Below, one piece after another: positions 29,120 to 45,967 of a stretch of DNA of 64,000 nucleotides. The stretch's first letter is position 1. Every line of letters begins with the position of its first letter. Source of the DNA: Eledone cirrhosa (lineage: Eukaryota). Where the stretch lies: positions 185,876,001 to 185,940,000 of the forward strand of contig OZ024740.1 in the NCBI GenBank assembly GCA_964016885.1, written 5' to 3'. A program made the translations under genes and the position numbers. Under the pieces are notes generated by a model that did not search any database, was not told the origin of the DNA, and saw nothing but the letters and a program-made list of their open reading frames with translations.

Positions 29120-32100
29120 TATATATGTGTTACTTTACGACGTCCAACCATATGAATTTATCATCGGATTATATATTTATTACATTACGATTTGCCAGTT
29201 CGGTCATTGAGCTCAGATTGTAACTACATTGTAATGCGTCTGAAACAAATAATTATTCATATATTTAAGTAAAGACATCTTATGTTGCTGACACCCGTCT
29301 TCATTTAATCTATTCAGGACGAACCACCCTAGTATTGTCTATTCAAGATATAAATTATAACTTGGCTCAGCACATCTTTGACCGTGAAACTAACCACAGT
29401 GAACACACACAGCGGATTTCACGTTTTTGTTTTTGTTTTATTTTTGGAGAATGAAAACCTGATTTGTGCTTGAAGAATGATATTCTAATAAGAATTTACT
29501 ATTTCTTCAAAACGTGCGAATTGCTGAATATTGTAGCCAATTTTGAAAGAAGTGGCATACGCTATCACATTTGCATGTTGTTATGGGACCTGGAAAACTA
29601 CGTAATTTTGACAATAGATTATTCTTGTGAGTTTAACTAAATGTATCTCTATGCCACTTACTTGTGAAATGAGACTAATATTTGCAAAGACGTGCTATAT
29701 TATCTCCATTAATGTGTAGGTATATATGCTTTAAGTAGGGTTGCTTTAATAGCTACAACAATATAATTCTATTCTGGTAAACATGTTATTGGTATATGGA
29801 GTAATGAAACATAACTGAAAAATTTGTAAATTGTTGTCATTAGTTTTAGTGTTTGAATAGCTATTTAGACTATATATATATCTATAGCTGACAGAAATAC
29901 AGGTATGTTGTCTCTGCACGCCGACGTGAACGACGGCTAGCTACCCATTGGAGTCGTCTTCGACCGCGTTGGTTGTTGGTACCCTAACTGACTAATACTT
30001 TTTTATGTCGGCTGCTGTCGAAACTTCCTGTGTCATTAGTCTACAAACTACTATTTTCACTGAAAATAGATAAATAAATAAATAAATAAATAGAAAGAGT
30101 GCATGCCGTTTGTTGAATGAATTATGGGAAGAGAAATGACTGATGCAGTGCGTGTCGCTGACGGTTCTCAGATGCAATGCATTCACCATCTTTTCATCGA
30201 GTTATACATGCAATGTACCACCTAACCAAGGTTGTAGTGTTTCCCCAACCCTTCCTTCTTTTTTTTATTTTACTTAAATGCCCCACACACACATCATTTT
30301 CGTTTGTATTTTTTTTTCTTTTCCTGTATATTGTTTTAATTGTTTACTACTTTCTTGTATTACCCCCCTCGGTGAGATTTCAACATATAACGCACGTAAT
30401 TCTATCCGTACCCGGACGATTTTGCCAATTCAGCAATTTATAGTTAAGTATAATTTAAGAAAGAAAATGTTTTCCCAACTTTCTTGCCTAATTTCAAATT
30501 TCAAGTCTCATTTGCATTTACACTTTCATTAAAACACAATTCCGAAATCAATCAAAAAGATATTTATTTCTATGAACACCACCATTTATACAGATTCATC
30601 ATGACGCTGAACTAGGTCGTTTATTTTGTTTATCGATATGTTACATGCCATAAGAGAATATTGAAAATGTACCTAAGACTGCTTAACAGGAAATAAGCAG
30701 CTCATTCGTCAACATCACATGTAAATCTTTTTCAGATTTGGCTGACGCTTTGAAATAAATATATTCTGAAAGCTTATCCTCGTTAAGATACGCGCATTTA
30801 GTTTTGGTCTTGCTTTCATTCGGATAATAATCTTTTGTAATAGATCTAACTTTAATATATCAAACATACGCACTCACTCACTCACACACACACATATATA
30901 CACACTTACAAATAAGCTGAAAAAGTTTGGAATTACTACTTTGATTATTTTCCGTGTTTTTGTGACTGGTGGTGGTAGTATTCTGAAACCGGAGAAATAG
31001 GATGAGTGCTTGCCCGTCACTAACACATCAAATGCGGGCCAGGTGAAGGTATTACATCTGGAACTGCAAAATAATATAATTACTGTTAATTATTGAAATA
31101 GCAAGAGGGAAGACAAGACTTAGTTATAAATAATCTTTTTATGGCTGGGTCGGAAGAGGAAATATAATATCAATATTTATTGTATACTACATAGAGAAGC
31201 GCTGCAGTGTTTAGAATTGGCTATTCTTTCCATTTAAACCAGACGTTTCTCTGCTTTCACCCCACCTCTTCTCTTTTCTTTATCTGTTTCCCAGATAATG
31301 ATTTTGACAGGGAAACTTTGGGGGATACATGTTCGCACCTCTCGTGCGTTCACGTTTTCACTGTAACAAGGAGTGGTTCTTAACTGTCAGCATATTCAGT
31401 GACTTGCTGCCGAATAAGGCTGTTCGTCTTTTGTAATTTATGGGATGTATGGGAGCATACAGAAGCGAAGTGACCTCCGCGTCACATTTTACACACGCAC
31501 TGGGTAACTGATGAAACTATATGAACAGCTATATTTATTTGAATATTAAAAACAAATTAGTGCCAGATAACATTACAGCACTTTAAGCAATATAACTTTT
31601 AGGATTTCCACTATAAAACCATTAAATTGCGTTCTGTATACAATCTCCTTCGTTGTGAGAATTGATTTGCAAATCAAATCTAATATAATAATGGTTATGA
31701 CGGGAATTGAGCAGGATATAAAATTGATAAAATTTACACTATTATATCTGATCTTATCTTAAACAAGTATAAGAATATAGAACTTTTATTTTTATAGCAC
31801 CAAACATTTTTCTATTAAGTATGATAACTAACAGTCATCGTGCTTATAAACACAGAAAAGTATGAGAAAAGGGAAAGACAGGAATAAAAAGATAATTCAA
31901 CGGAAATAATTTTGATAGCAATACCAGTACCATTTTAAGAAATACATTACAAATGAAAAAGTGTTTCTATTAAGTTTCCTATATTAACATCATAAACGTA
32001 CATCAATATTAGATAATCAAGAAATAGATGTATTCGAAATGAATACCAGAAAAAAGACGTTTCATAAATTAATATTTCTCTCAGAATTCGATAGCACCTC

Positions 32101-32180
32101 TTTCAACCCTATCCCGTTTGTCCTTAACATATTTTTAACAGCATACGGAAATGAATTTAGAAATCACAAACGTTTTCTTA

Positions 32181-32380
32181 NNNNNNNNNNNNNNNNNNNN
32201 NNNNNNNNNNNNNNNNNNNNNNNNNNNNNNNNNNNNNNNNNNNNNNNNNNNNNNNNNNNNNNNNNNNNNNNNNNNNNNNNNNNNNNNNNNNNNNNNNNNN
32301 NNNNNNNNNNNNNNNNNNNNNNNNNNNNNNNNNNNNNNNNNNNNNNNNNNNNNNNNNNNNNNNNNNNNNNNNNNNNNNNN
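32181..32380. other. Assembly gap (200 N)
   Basis: Run of N. Confidence 1.
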
Positions 32381-32555
32381 AACAAATTATTCCCTGAAAG
32401 GGTCACTGAGTGTGTTACGAATGAGCTTTGACAATAAAGAAACAACGATCCTGATATTAAACCAAACAACTGGAAATTTGTAATAAATTGAAGTGAAAAT
32501 AAACACGACACGTGCGCTTTTATTTACGGCATGACTCTCACAAAGTATAAAAATA
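32381..32555 (+). repeat. Diverged copy of the 62 kb hammerhead family
   Basis: CTGAAAG-GGTCAC..GTGTTAC-GAAT-GAGCTT-TGACAATA...TAAATTGAAGTGAAA...AAAGTATAA. Confidence 0.7.
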
Positions 32556-34446
32556 TATATGTATATGTGTATGTCTGTATGTAAGGAGGTATGGAGGTAT
32601 GGCGGTATGTCTACCTTATCGAATGTAGTTATATAAGGACCGACTCTTCACCAACATTACGGCTTATACAGATGGTAAGATAATTCGGCTCCTTTTTCTA
32701 GTGGTGGATTTACATTGAGATTGAAATTTTATCGACATACCTCTATATTAATCACAGTTACTTAAAGGAGCGTACATGTCTTTGCCAATAATGTCTATGA
32801 AACTGAGAGTATTTAATGCACTACTAGTAATATTTATTAATATATAGCGATTTTCAAACGCGTTACAATCGTTTGTAACCATAAAAGTGTCGAAATAATT
32901 TTGAATATAATACAATAATTGCTAATTTCGTATTAGTAATATATTTACATAAGAGTGAGTAAGAACTATATGTAATAGATTTATATCCTAAGGGTATTAT
33001 AGTGCTTCATAATCCATTCACAGTAGATAATCAATTGAGAGTTAACTTTCATATTCTTGCAGCCAATTGCAAATTCTGATTCAAAGGGAGTGAGATTTTA
33101 GAACTTAAATTTGGTTTCATATATGCGGTATTAAACCCCATGTTATGTATGAAATGTAATCCCCTGTTCATTAATAGTTTAGCAATACGGGATAAATTCA
33201 TATTGTTTATGGGAGATCATATACATGCAGTGTATATAATATAGTTATAAGTACAATAATGGAACATAAGAAGTAGATACTGTAAGCCCTTGCCTAACGT
33301 ATCAACTCACTATGTGCAGGACTATGTGCAAAATGTACTGAAATTAGCAACAAGATTTCCTTCCATTTATTTAATATTGAATTTTTTAGTCTTAGACGTT
33401 TTGTTTAGGAGAAAACCAGAATGATCACGGCAGCAGTGTTTTTTTTTTTGTATTTACTCAGTTATGCCTGGCTTGGGCAAAACTAAAATAACAACAACAA
33501 CAACTAGACTAGCATAATGTCATAAAAGTGACTAATTTGATGTACCAGCTGAATGAAAATAAATCAAATACGGTTTATGTTTAAAATGTTGTGGTAATCT
33601 ATGGGAATTAAAACGATGTTCTATGTATTTCCTTTAGTTGACATTTTAATACCTGACCTACAGATATATCCTCATGATTAATTGTTATAATTTAAAGAGA
33701 TTATTCTGCAACATAAAGTCTGCCTCTTCGCATATAATAAAACTATCAATGTTTTATATTTTGTTTATGTATAGGCAGAAATCAACTTTACATGAAAGCC
33801 TACGTCATTCAACTTACGTACGTGCATTCAATATTCTTTCGTGTTTTCCTGGTTCTATATTCATGCATTCATGTACATCATTTCGTCATTAATTCAGCAA
33901 ATTTAACGATGAATGATTTTGTCACGTAGTAGGATATACTTTGAAATGTTATTCTGTAACTTTAATTTAATATTAAACACTCTCCCTAATTAAAATAAAA
34001 TCCGAAATCAATCACACGCTCCCTTAGTCTTACGCTTTTATCAATATGTTTTACTCTATTGATCAATAAATGAAGTCACTAATAAATCATTAAAACATTA
34101 CCGCGCTTAATATTTACATGCAACAGCAATCATCCTATGCACAAATTAAGCTATATAGAATAAAAATGCATCCCTTTGTGGTAATGCATATATTACCATT
34201 TCAGAACTCAAATTTGATCATCTCGACATTTTATTGAACGTGTGTATCAGACGTTAGCTACTGTATATATTTACAAACTAAATATATTTTATGTATTTAT
34301 GTTTTTATACATCCTAACTGAATATTACTTCCAATTTTATTAGTGTCTAGATTAATAATTCATTGCAAACTATATTCTAAAGTGGATAGCGACTACACAC
34401 TTTTAAACCAGCGTTTATCCTTATTTACTAATATATATGTTGTGTG

Positions 34447-34521
<75 letters not shown>

Positions 34522-36490
34522 AAACATTGAATATTCGAATTAAATACATACATTGTTTAACGATTGATATATCTGGTACCGATATTCTAAGAGGGCCTCG
34601 TGCGCACCGGAATTCAACAGTTGCGGCGTGAGTTGCAGCAGATCGAAATTTCTGACAGAAGATAGTTCGCTTGTGTACTTTTAGATATGGTAATGCTCAC
34701 ATCTAATGTGCAATTGAAATATATTCGAAACTGCACTGTGTTGATACGTGTGTTAAATCACGATAACAGCATTTTAAATCACGATATCAATACCATCGAT
34801 CATAGAAAAATAGCTGATAAGATGAAAAAGAATGAGCATCATATAGAACACACGTGCATTCGTTTCAATGGGATTAACGATACATTGTTGAAGGGAATCA
34901 TTTGTCTGTAACAAGAAATAAGATGGTATCGGAGGTCTATTGATGGAATTTGTTGAGTTATAGTTGAAAGTAAATAGGCCTTGTCAATCAAAAGTGGGTT
35001 CATAGTCGATTACTATTCTGAAACTAGCATTCTGCATTGAATTAATTTATTAACTAATTTAAAGATGAATGTATCCTAGATACAATCATTACCGCATGCA
35101 AATTCTTGTAGTTTAGTGTGATACTCTAAAAGGCCTACATATATAATAGTTGATAATACGAACTTAATATTCCGATTATAAATTGTCAGCCTTTTATCAA
35201 GATAAATACTGTCGATCCTAAACCATACTAACACTGCAGAAATGCTGCAAATTGCAACAGCTATATGCTACATATAACGAAATTATTCATTACATAAACC
35301 TCATGTTAGTAATAGATATTTGTGGAAAGCACAGTAATACATATTGTTTAGAGGACTAGATCTTGTGAGCTATATTTTTTTAGCAAATATATATTCCCAA
35401 AATTATGGAGCGTATAGAAACTGCATGTAGTTTTGATATTTAGACATGGGGAATGCGACAATTAGATTGACGCATTTATTGTACACCTGACTTGAGGCGG
35501 AATATTATGTAATTTAGTTCTAGAGTTGGGAGTGCAATCATGGGCACTGATGGTTAAATAAAACTGCTTAAATTTCTTTTGAAGTGATTGCATGTTTGAG
35601 TGTTATACGAATGTAATTTTTAGATCAATGATCATGCCTCGCTGTGTTAGGAGACAGTGCAATGTTTCAAGCTGGAATATATTATATGATATTATAATCA
35701 ACAGGTACTGAACGAGAGATGTGCGTCTATGAGAGAATTTAGACTGATGCCCATAAATATTTCAAAAAGAAATATGGATTGTTTATCTGATTGTTTTCAT
35801 ATTTTATATTTTGATGTTCTCGGATTACGACAGAAGATGAGAATCTAAGTTGTATGTGTTGTGCCTAACTACAGCAGCCCTCTACACATTTAGACACTTT
35901 TAAAGACAATAATATCATGTGGGCTTCTCGAAATCAACATAACGTGCTTGTGGAATGCAATAAAGACCACAAGGCACAGGATTATGCTCCAGTTAATAAG
36001 GCAGTTTTAAAGTTGTTAAATTGGTTGTACACGATATTGTATTTTACCTATTTCACACAGTGTGTACTCCACATAATGATAGATATTATATTAGAAACAA
36101 GCTATTATTGTATATCAAATAAATACAAATATATACACAGACATTTAAAAGAACGTATCATTATAGAGCTGATTACAAAACTATATCTCATATACACACA
36201 AAACCACACTTGCATCCACATATAACAAGATATTCGAGATAACTTTGTTTTTTTTATTTAATCCTGGCTTATGTAGCTCTCTATTTCGGAGGGATACCAT
36301 GTTAGAAGTTTGTCGAAAACATTTATTTTCGGTTAAAGTAAAGGAGAGTAATTGACAGTCTGTTTCTCGCTGCTTAGCGTTTATCCCTTACTTTCGCCGA
36401 AAATAATTACTTTAAAACTAATAGCAAATGGTCTTCTAAATGTCTTTAATTAAACATACGGCATGTTCCCAAACATACTATACATACATT

Positions 36491-36555
<65 letters not shown>

Positions 36556-36570
36556 CACTCTCTTTCTCTT

Positions 36571-36633
<63 letters not shown>

Positions 36634-36864
36634 AGAGAGAGTGTGTGATAAAGTGTGAACAATGACTTATACACGACTAGAATTGTTTCATTCGTATATC
36701 ATCCATATCTGATGATTCCTTACAAATGAGACAGTTCTAGCCCTGTAGAATTTATCTGTACGTCTATAATAATGATGCTTTTACTCTACCAATGTAAAGA
36801 GTATTCCCCTTAATGTGATTGCTACTCGACACAACACTGGAATCTGTATCATATACACACACAT

Positions 36865-36920
<56 letters not shown>

Positions 36921-36921
<1 letters not shown>

Positions 36922-37087
36922 AACGAGTAGGACCCCGACGGCTGAGATCAAGCCGTTTCGACGGCTAATTCTGGACTAAAAAATGTTGTTATTACCCTAC
37001 TCTTTTATTATCCACTCTACTACCCTAAGTATTTAGTACTTTGGTGCGTTATGGTCCACCTGGATCCTTACCACATTTTTCCGTTAT
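36921..37087 (+). repeat. Family C copy (see 37660 and 45968)
   Basis: CCCCGACGG..AAGCCGTTTCGACGGCTA and CCACTCTACTACCCTAAGTATTTAGTA. Confidence 0.85.
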
Positions 37088-37096
37088 ATATATATA

Positions 37097-37650
37097 TGAA
37101 AAAATGGGGAGAAGAATACTGCTAGTTGCACATGGATAACATGTAATAAAATAAGTTCCTCATCAGTGATTTGCCGACGATCATAGATATTTCATTGCAT
37201 TAAAAATCATATACCTCACGTCGGTGCAATAATAACTAAATTAAGTTATTAGGACAATTAAAACGCGTAAAGCGAGTGAAACAAGATAACAACAAAGAGG
37301 ATAGCTAACCGTAGAAGGAAGGGAACAAGCTTCATAGTTATTCTGTTAGCATAAGCTAGGTGAATATATGAGCGCTTAGAAAAAAGACCTTTCAGGAGCG
37401 AATTCAAATGTGAGAAAGAGAGAAAATGATTTCGTCGCGAACGGGGTGAAGTGAGAAGAGGAGAAACAGTGAGTGAGTGAGTGGAAGTGTGAGGAAGAGT
37501 TAACTGACATGACAGAGGGGGCGAAAGAAAGTAGGAGAAACAGAGAGAGCGAGGGAGCAGTAAGAGAGAGAGAGACAAACAGAATCGCAGTTTAGGTAAA
37601 TATATGTGAAAAAATGGGGAGAAGAATACTGCTGGTAGCACATGGATATA
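37097..37650 (-). mobile_element. Element bounded by about 42-bp direct repeats with hammerhead-like boxes; relative at about 6460-6790 (+)
   Basis: TGAAAAAATGGGGAGAAGAATACTGCT.G..GCACATGGATA at 37097 and 37607. Minus strand GAAA-UAUC-UA-UGAU..AUCA-CUGAUGAGG. Confidence 0.6.
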
Positions 37651-37659
37651 TATATATAA

Positions 37660-37858
37660 AGGAAAATGTTCAAGACCCCGACAGCAGAGCTCAAGCCGTT
37701 TCGACGGCTATTTCAGGACCTGAAATAGCCGTCTAAACGGCTTGTGCTCTGTCGTCGGGGTCTTGAACATGTTCCTATTGCCCACTCTACTACCCTAAGT
37801 ATTTAGTATTCTGGTGCGTTATGGTCCAGCTGCTTCCTTACCACACTTCCTTCATTAT
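37660..37858. mobile_element. Family C: 58-bp-arm fold-back with 1-nt loop plus unique tail
   Basis: 37660-37717 inverted versus 37719-37776. Confidence 0.9.
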
Positions 37859-38229
37859 ATATATATATATATAAATAAATACGTACATAGAAACAGACAC
37901 ACGCATATGTATGTATAATGATTTATGTATGTATATGCATTTATGTAATCTTTGACAACTAAACGAATTAATCGTTAACTAACGATATAAACAAATAAAC
38001 GTATCGAGCCACATGTGTAACCAAGAAGGAAATATAGACAGAAGATTTAATGATTCGAGTTTGATTTGTTCAAGTAAACATATCTGTCTATTCTAATCTC
38101 CAGAGCTTTGCTTTTCTTCACTTACATTCATAAACTGAATGTAAACTGAAATCATTGATTTGTACATAAATTATACAAAGAGACAAACTATCTTCTTACA
38201 TTAATTTAGTATGTTTTTTCCTCTCTCAG

Positions 38230-38313
38230 TATGGTGCCACAACTGAGAGAGAGAAAAACCTACAATCTTTTTTGCTTGAGTTTGCTCCATCTGTTTTGGA
38301 TTTACAAAGCTAA
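38230..38313 (+). CDS. Candidate terminal exon YGATTEREKNLQSFLLEFAPSVLDLQS*
   Basis: Strong acceptor TTTTTTCCTCTCTCAG and a protein-like composition. Gene not recognised. Confidence 0.3.
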   Translation, partial: YGATTEREKNLQSFLLEFAPSVLDLQS

Positions 38314-41300
38314 TCTCATTGACCAGGGCATTATGGGTGCCTGTTGCGTGGGTTTAGAATTCATTAAACAGCTGTCGTCAGAAAAAGTATAAACGTTATA
38401 TGCGTTAGGATATGTTTCTTTATTTGGTACATAAAATTGAACGACTGTTAAATGAAATGATGGATTTTCCTTTAGTTTAACCAAATTGCAAAAAAGAATA
38501 AGATTGTAAAAAGTAAAGATTCTACTATAAACCGCTTCATCCGTTGGACAAACTAAATTATTTTGTATTTATTTGCTATAGACTAAGATCTCTTCTAATA
38601 TAACAGTTTATTTCGAAAAACTATTAATTCTTCCGCAAGGAAAAGTAACACAAACACTACGTCGTATAAATGATTTTTATATTTAATGTCAAATGCTTGT
38701 GTTGCTCGCATATAGAATCCTGGAGTAAAATTTAAAAATATCATTGCAATTTAATATAATCGATGGAATATAAAATAAGAAAATCAATCAAGCAATTACA
38801 GTGTATTGTTTTGTCGAATATGTCGAATTTATCTTAGAAAATAACATAATTAAATTTGATTTTATTATTGTTGTCCATTATTGTCGACTTTCAATTTCTG
38901 ACATTCTTCGAGTTCGATCACTACATAAAAACTAAAACACAAATATATCACCAGCTGATTTTCCAGCGGAAGACTCGTTAATTATACAGTTTTTTTTCCG
39001 ATACCTACTGCGATAAGTGTTGCTGTTCTGTTATATATTTACAGAAAACTGTAGCTGAACGGTGTGGGATAAATGGTATAGAGAAACAACTATTTTACAT
39101 TTTCCCTAATTTCATTCATTGAACAACCGCTATGTTTACTTCTACCCTATTCTACTCAAAAGGTACCGCGCAATGCAGCCTAAACCTATCCTTCGTATTT
39201 ACATATCGAAATTCTTACTTGCATGTAATTTATAAATCAAACGTAAATACTGATACAATCTAAGTAAATATACTTTGAAGTTTATAGATTTAAAATGATA
39301 ACGATTGTTTTCAGCATGTTATAGGAATTACACATGGAAATAAGGTTATGACTGATGCTTTATGGTTTTACCATTTAGGCATTAATATCTATTTGAATAG
39401 AACATATATAACTTTTAAGTTAGAAATTAATCCTATTTTCAAGTAAAATTTATACATATAATTTCATTTTGGGATTTGAAATATCCGGTGTGAAAAACAA
39501 ATAGATTCAAACATGATTATTATATATATATCCATGGAATTATCATACCTATTTATGTAATACATATTCATGTTGTGGACATGATTATTATACTTTGCTA
39601 ATGGATAACGTCTAAAAACATAAACCAAAAGGATTGGACATATCCCCAACAGCATTATAGTAAATCTAAGAAATATATTTGATTATTATTTTGACATGAA
39701 AGATAAATTTCGACTACCTAATTGTTCATTGATTTACAATTACATAATTTCTAATACAACAGTCAAATCAATATCGATATATCATTGATTTATTTTGATT
39801 TGGTACAATGTCAAGTGTTGGAGTAAACTCGATTTAATCAAACCAACCACGCTGTACATACAAAACCAGTCTGATATTTTTCTACATAGTCGCTCGACGT
39901 ACAAGAAATAGGAACCATACCTCTCTCACATCATAGACCACTTTTCTTTTATAAGCAAAGCGACACCCAGCGTAATTTTACTTTATATGCACTAAGGCTG
40001 ACCAATTATAATTCTCAATAATTATGGTAGATGCTTTGATTATACGTTAACTTTATCACGGGAGGAGGTGATATTATTTTATACCATTCCATAATATGAA
40101 AAGTCAAGTCAACCAAGCCGATATTTATATTTGTCATCTTCAAGTAGGAAAATATATAATACAATAATTCCAAAATTTATCCATTCTGCCAACGGCATAA
40201 AAAGTATATAACTAACTCAGTATCCCAAAATCAAATCAAATAATATAATCGTTGATAATCATCCTGTATGTGATTTGAGGCGAGAGTGCCAAATCACCAG
40301 CGTAGTGCAAGCAATATTATATTCAATATTAGAACATGCTGCAAAGTTACTAGAGATTTAATAAAAAAAATATTGATATCACTTAATTCACAGATATTTT
40401 AATTCGCTAAGGACCATTGAAATTTTTTAGCCAATAACTAGTAAAACTCTGATTGACGTTGTTTCTGTCATGGCCATATAATTCTGTATTCTCAAATCTT
40501 ATGTCGACGCTCACATTCAACATATTATATCACCGGTTTTAAGGCAACAGCTTGTATTTAAATTAATTTGGTTGCTGTTTGTAACATAACACAAAATAGA
40601 ATAAATATACCGTTGATTAGCCTTGCGTCAAGCCTGCCATTGTGGACTAATGGATACATACGTATCAGCGTTCTTCGTTAGAGTTTAGCAAGGTATAAAT
40701 TATCTTATAGATTTCGAAGTGTTGATATAGTGCATATTGCTACAGAATGGAAGGATTTGAACGAAACAATGACCGAAAAGAAATCCTAGTAAATTATACA
40801 GTAATCTTATTATTTATGATTAACACCACTTTGTTGTACAATGTACAACATAATCATCAATACTTCTATATCTTGGTTTTATTTGTTACTGCAATGAAAT
40901 GAGTGTGCTTTAATTTGTGATTGGCCATGTGATGATTATGGAAATGAGAGATTTCTCTTTGAGATATTTTAGAAGGGGGCAATAAAAATATTTTAATTGA
41001 TGTCTAGTTTGATGTCAAAATGTTATTTATATTGACCTTTGCTAAGATGTGTATTTTAAACTATTTAAAGCGTTTAAGTCTAATCGGTCTTAATTATCGA
41101 ATCCACATGGATTATAAGCGGATCAGTAGCTCTTAGAGAGGAGGTTAATGGCCAATAAATTAGCACTTGGATATTTTGTTAGGATTTCGATTTACATTAC
41201 ATAAAATGAATGCATCGATTCAAAGTTTATGGAATAATGGTTCAGTGGACAATACACGAAAAAATAATAAGACGGAATACATAATAGATCTCTCCTCCTG

Positions 41301-41834
41301 TTTTCATGATATAGTTACAAATGGATTGGAAAACAAACAAAACATGTGAACAGTACTTCATCACTAAATGATGAAATAGTGCGCAATTACTATTCATTTG
41401 TAAAATTATTAGCGTGCTGATTTAATTTTAATCGTTGTACATTTGATATTTATTTGAATTACATGACAATATTCTTCAATGCCTCGAAAAGCGTAAAGGC
41501 AAAGAAAAGTAAAACAATCAACAATAGGAAAAATAAAGCTTACAAAAATTAATCTATTTATTTTTCGCTTTAGAAATTACTCGGAACTCCTGCTGTATTC
41601 AACGCTGTTATGTTTCGGTTTACAAGATGTTAACTACTATACTCGCTATGTCTATACAAAGAGCATATTTGAACGAATAAAGATATAAAGCAATAAAACA
41701 AATGAATAGCTATCTTAATGACAGCCAAATTACGTTTCCTTATTTGCGAATGCAACGGTTATTTGCCGAGATTAAGTAAGTGACATAGTCACTATTTAAA
41801 ACTCATAGCGAATGGTTTTCTAAATGTTTTTAAT

Positions 41835-41903
<69 letters not shown>

Positions 41904-41905
41904 AT

Positions 41906-43599
<1,694 letters not shown>

Positions 43600-43601
<2 letters not shown>

Positions 43602-44064
43602 GATGTAGTTGCAGGAAACCAGAAGAAGGCCCCTTACAGGGCAAATGCAATACGAAATCAATATGGTATATGAGAATAAACTGACACCCATTATAGAGAG
43701 CCAACCAGCCAGGAGTGGGCATGTCACAAGATAAATTTAAAATCTGATACTATGCACATGTCGCTTCCTTCAAACACCCAGAGAAAAGAACATCTCCGGC
43801 GCTGGCTAATAAAGTGTGAAAGTTTAAAGAACGCAAGATTCCTTACTCGATTGATTGGTCTATGTTAGACCACTGAAAAGAATACCAGAAAGGCACAAAA
43901 AATGTTCTTTGTGTATAACCGAAAAGTACAGAATACTTCAAAATCTGAAAACTCCTACCACTTGCCTCAATTCTAAAACTGAGATATTCAGAAGTTGTCC
44001 TCACCTGAAATCACATCTTCTTTCCAGCTGGTATAACACACCTACGAACACTCAACCACCCTGA
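43600..44064 (+). pseudogene. Penelope-like element GIY-YIG endonuclease 3' fragment; 3'UTR continues to about 44860 with a 200-bp tandem duplication
   Basis: CSCRKPEEGPLQGKCNTKSI, YAHVASFKH, CSLCITEKYRIL, LNSKTEIFRSCPH. Stops and frameshift. Confidence 0.85.
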
Positions 44065-44856
44065 GCTTCCTCTTTACAAATTAACTCTTCCACCCACTAC
44101 CCAGATCGCTTTATGAACACATACAGTTTACCCAGATCGAATTATAAACATATAATTTTTTACCACAACCATTATACACAATCATCACCCACTTGTTTAT
44201 TTAATTTATTTCTTTTATACCATGTCCCATTTTCTGTTAACACATACACACCCACCACCTTCATTCTGTCCACCTTTCTTAACCCTTTCTTAACTCACTA
44301 CCAAGATCATTTTATGAACTCATACATGTTACCCCTATCGATTGATAAACACACATTTTACCACAATTATTATACACAATTATTTCCCACTTTTTATTTT
44401 ATTTATACCCTCCCACATTTTCTGTCAAACCTTTAACACATACACACCCACCACGTTCTTTCTGTCCACCTTTCTTAACCACCTTTTTTTAGAGATCCCG
44501 AACAATTCTTCCACCTACTTTAACCTTACCATGATCTACAACCAATAACACTCACATAGTCACTTTATACACATATTATTTGTCATACCCTATCACTACC
44601 GTTATCTCTTCTTCTTTCTACCTATTAGTTATACTCTTTCTATACACACCCTTAAATTATATAATTTGTTTTACGGGCACCTTATTTTTACTTTTCAGAT
44701 ATATTCATAGTTACGTATTAATATTTGTTTATGTAGGTATACATTTTCTATGTATTTATTTATAACTGCGTGTGTATTCTCACTTATTTGTGCAATTATA
44801 TATAGTTTGTAATAGGTATGTGTGTATGTCCCTATATGTCTATGTATGCGTGTTTA

Positions 44857-45351
<495 letters not shown>

Positions 45352-45358
45352 ATATATA

Positions 45359-45951
45359 CGAGGTACAAGAGGTTTAAAGAAAGACGCGAGGACGTGGAAG
45401 ATGACCCCAGGAGCGGAAGGCCCTCAACAACCAGGACCGAGGTCAACGTTGAGCACGTCAGGCCGATGATGCGTAGCGAGCGTCGGCTGACTGTTCGACT
45501 GATGGCAAATGAGCTGGGCATGAATCGGGGCAGCGTCTGGAAAATGTTCACTGGACATGCGGAAAGTCTGCGCCAAGATGGTGCAAAACCTGCTGAACGA
45601 TGACCAGAAGGTTCGACGCATACAAGTGTGCCAGGACATCCTCGAGCGTCTTAAAACCGAACCAGACTTGCTAGGGACAGTCATCACCGGTGATGAGTCA
45701 TGGATCTTCGAGTACGACCCGGAAGGGACCCGTTTTGAAGACGTGGGCGACATCAAAAAGGCCGTGACGACGGAACTGCGGAGATCCCGGAAGAATCCTT
45801 CCAGGAGTGCATGCAAGCGTGGCCGAAAAGGATGGAAACGTGCATTAGACTCCAGGGGGATTACTTTGAAGGAGATAACTCTTAGCGTGAAGTATGGGTT
45901 TGAAATAAATCTTTTGTGACATCAATCCTGTAGATTTTCTGATTTACCTCG
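45359..45951 (+). mobile_element. Mariner deletion derivative, same family
   Basis: [34 protein letters not shown], right TIR ending CCTCG-TA. Confidence 0.9.
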
Positions 45952-45967
45952 TATATATATATATATA

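Noticed and set aside
31020-31063. Minus-strand PDVIPSPGPHLMC* as a SERCA-like alternative C-terminus
   Set aside because: Only a few residues resemble it and no other SERCA exon is in the window.
31500-31535. CTGATGA (also TCATCAG near 4104 and TCGTCAG near 38374)
   Set aside because: No stem II plus GAAA plus UH arrangement. Chance heptamers or SINE body.
32039-32511. ORFs spanning the N run
   Set aside because: Gap artefact.
26310-33535. Partial resemblance to miR-279 (26311) and miR-153 (about 33512)
   Set aside because: Only seed or partial matches and no precursor hairpin.
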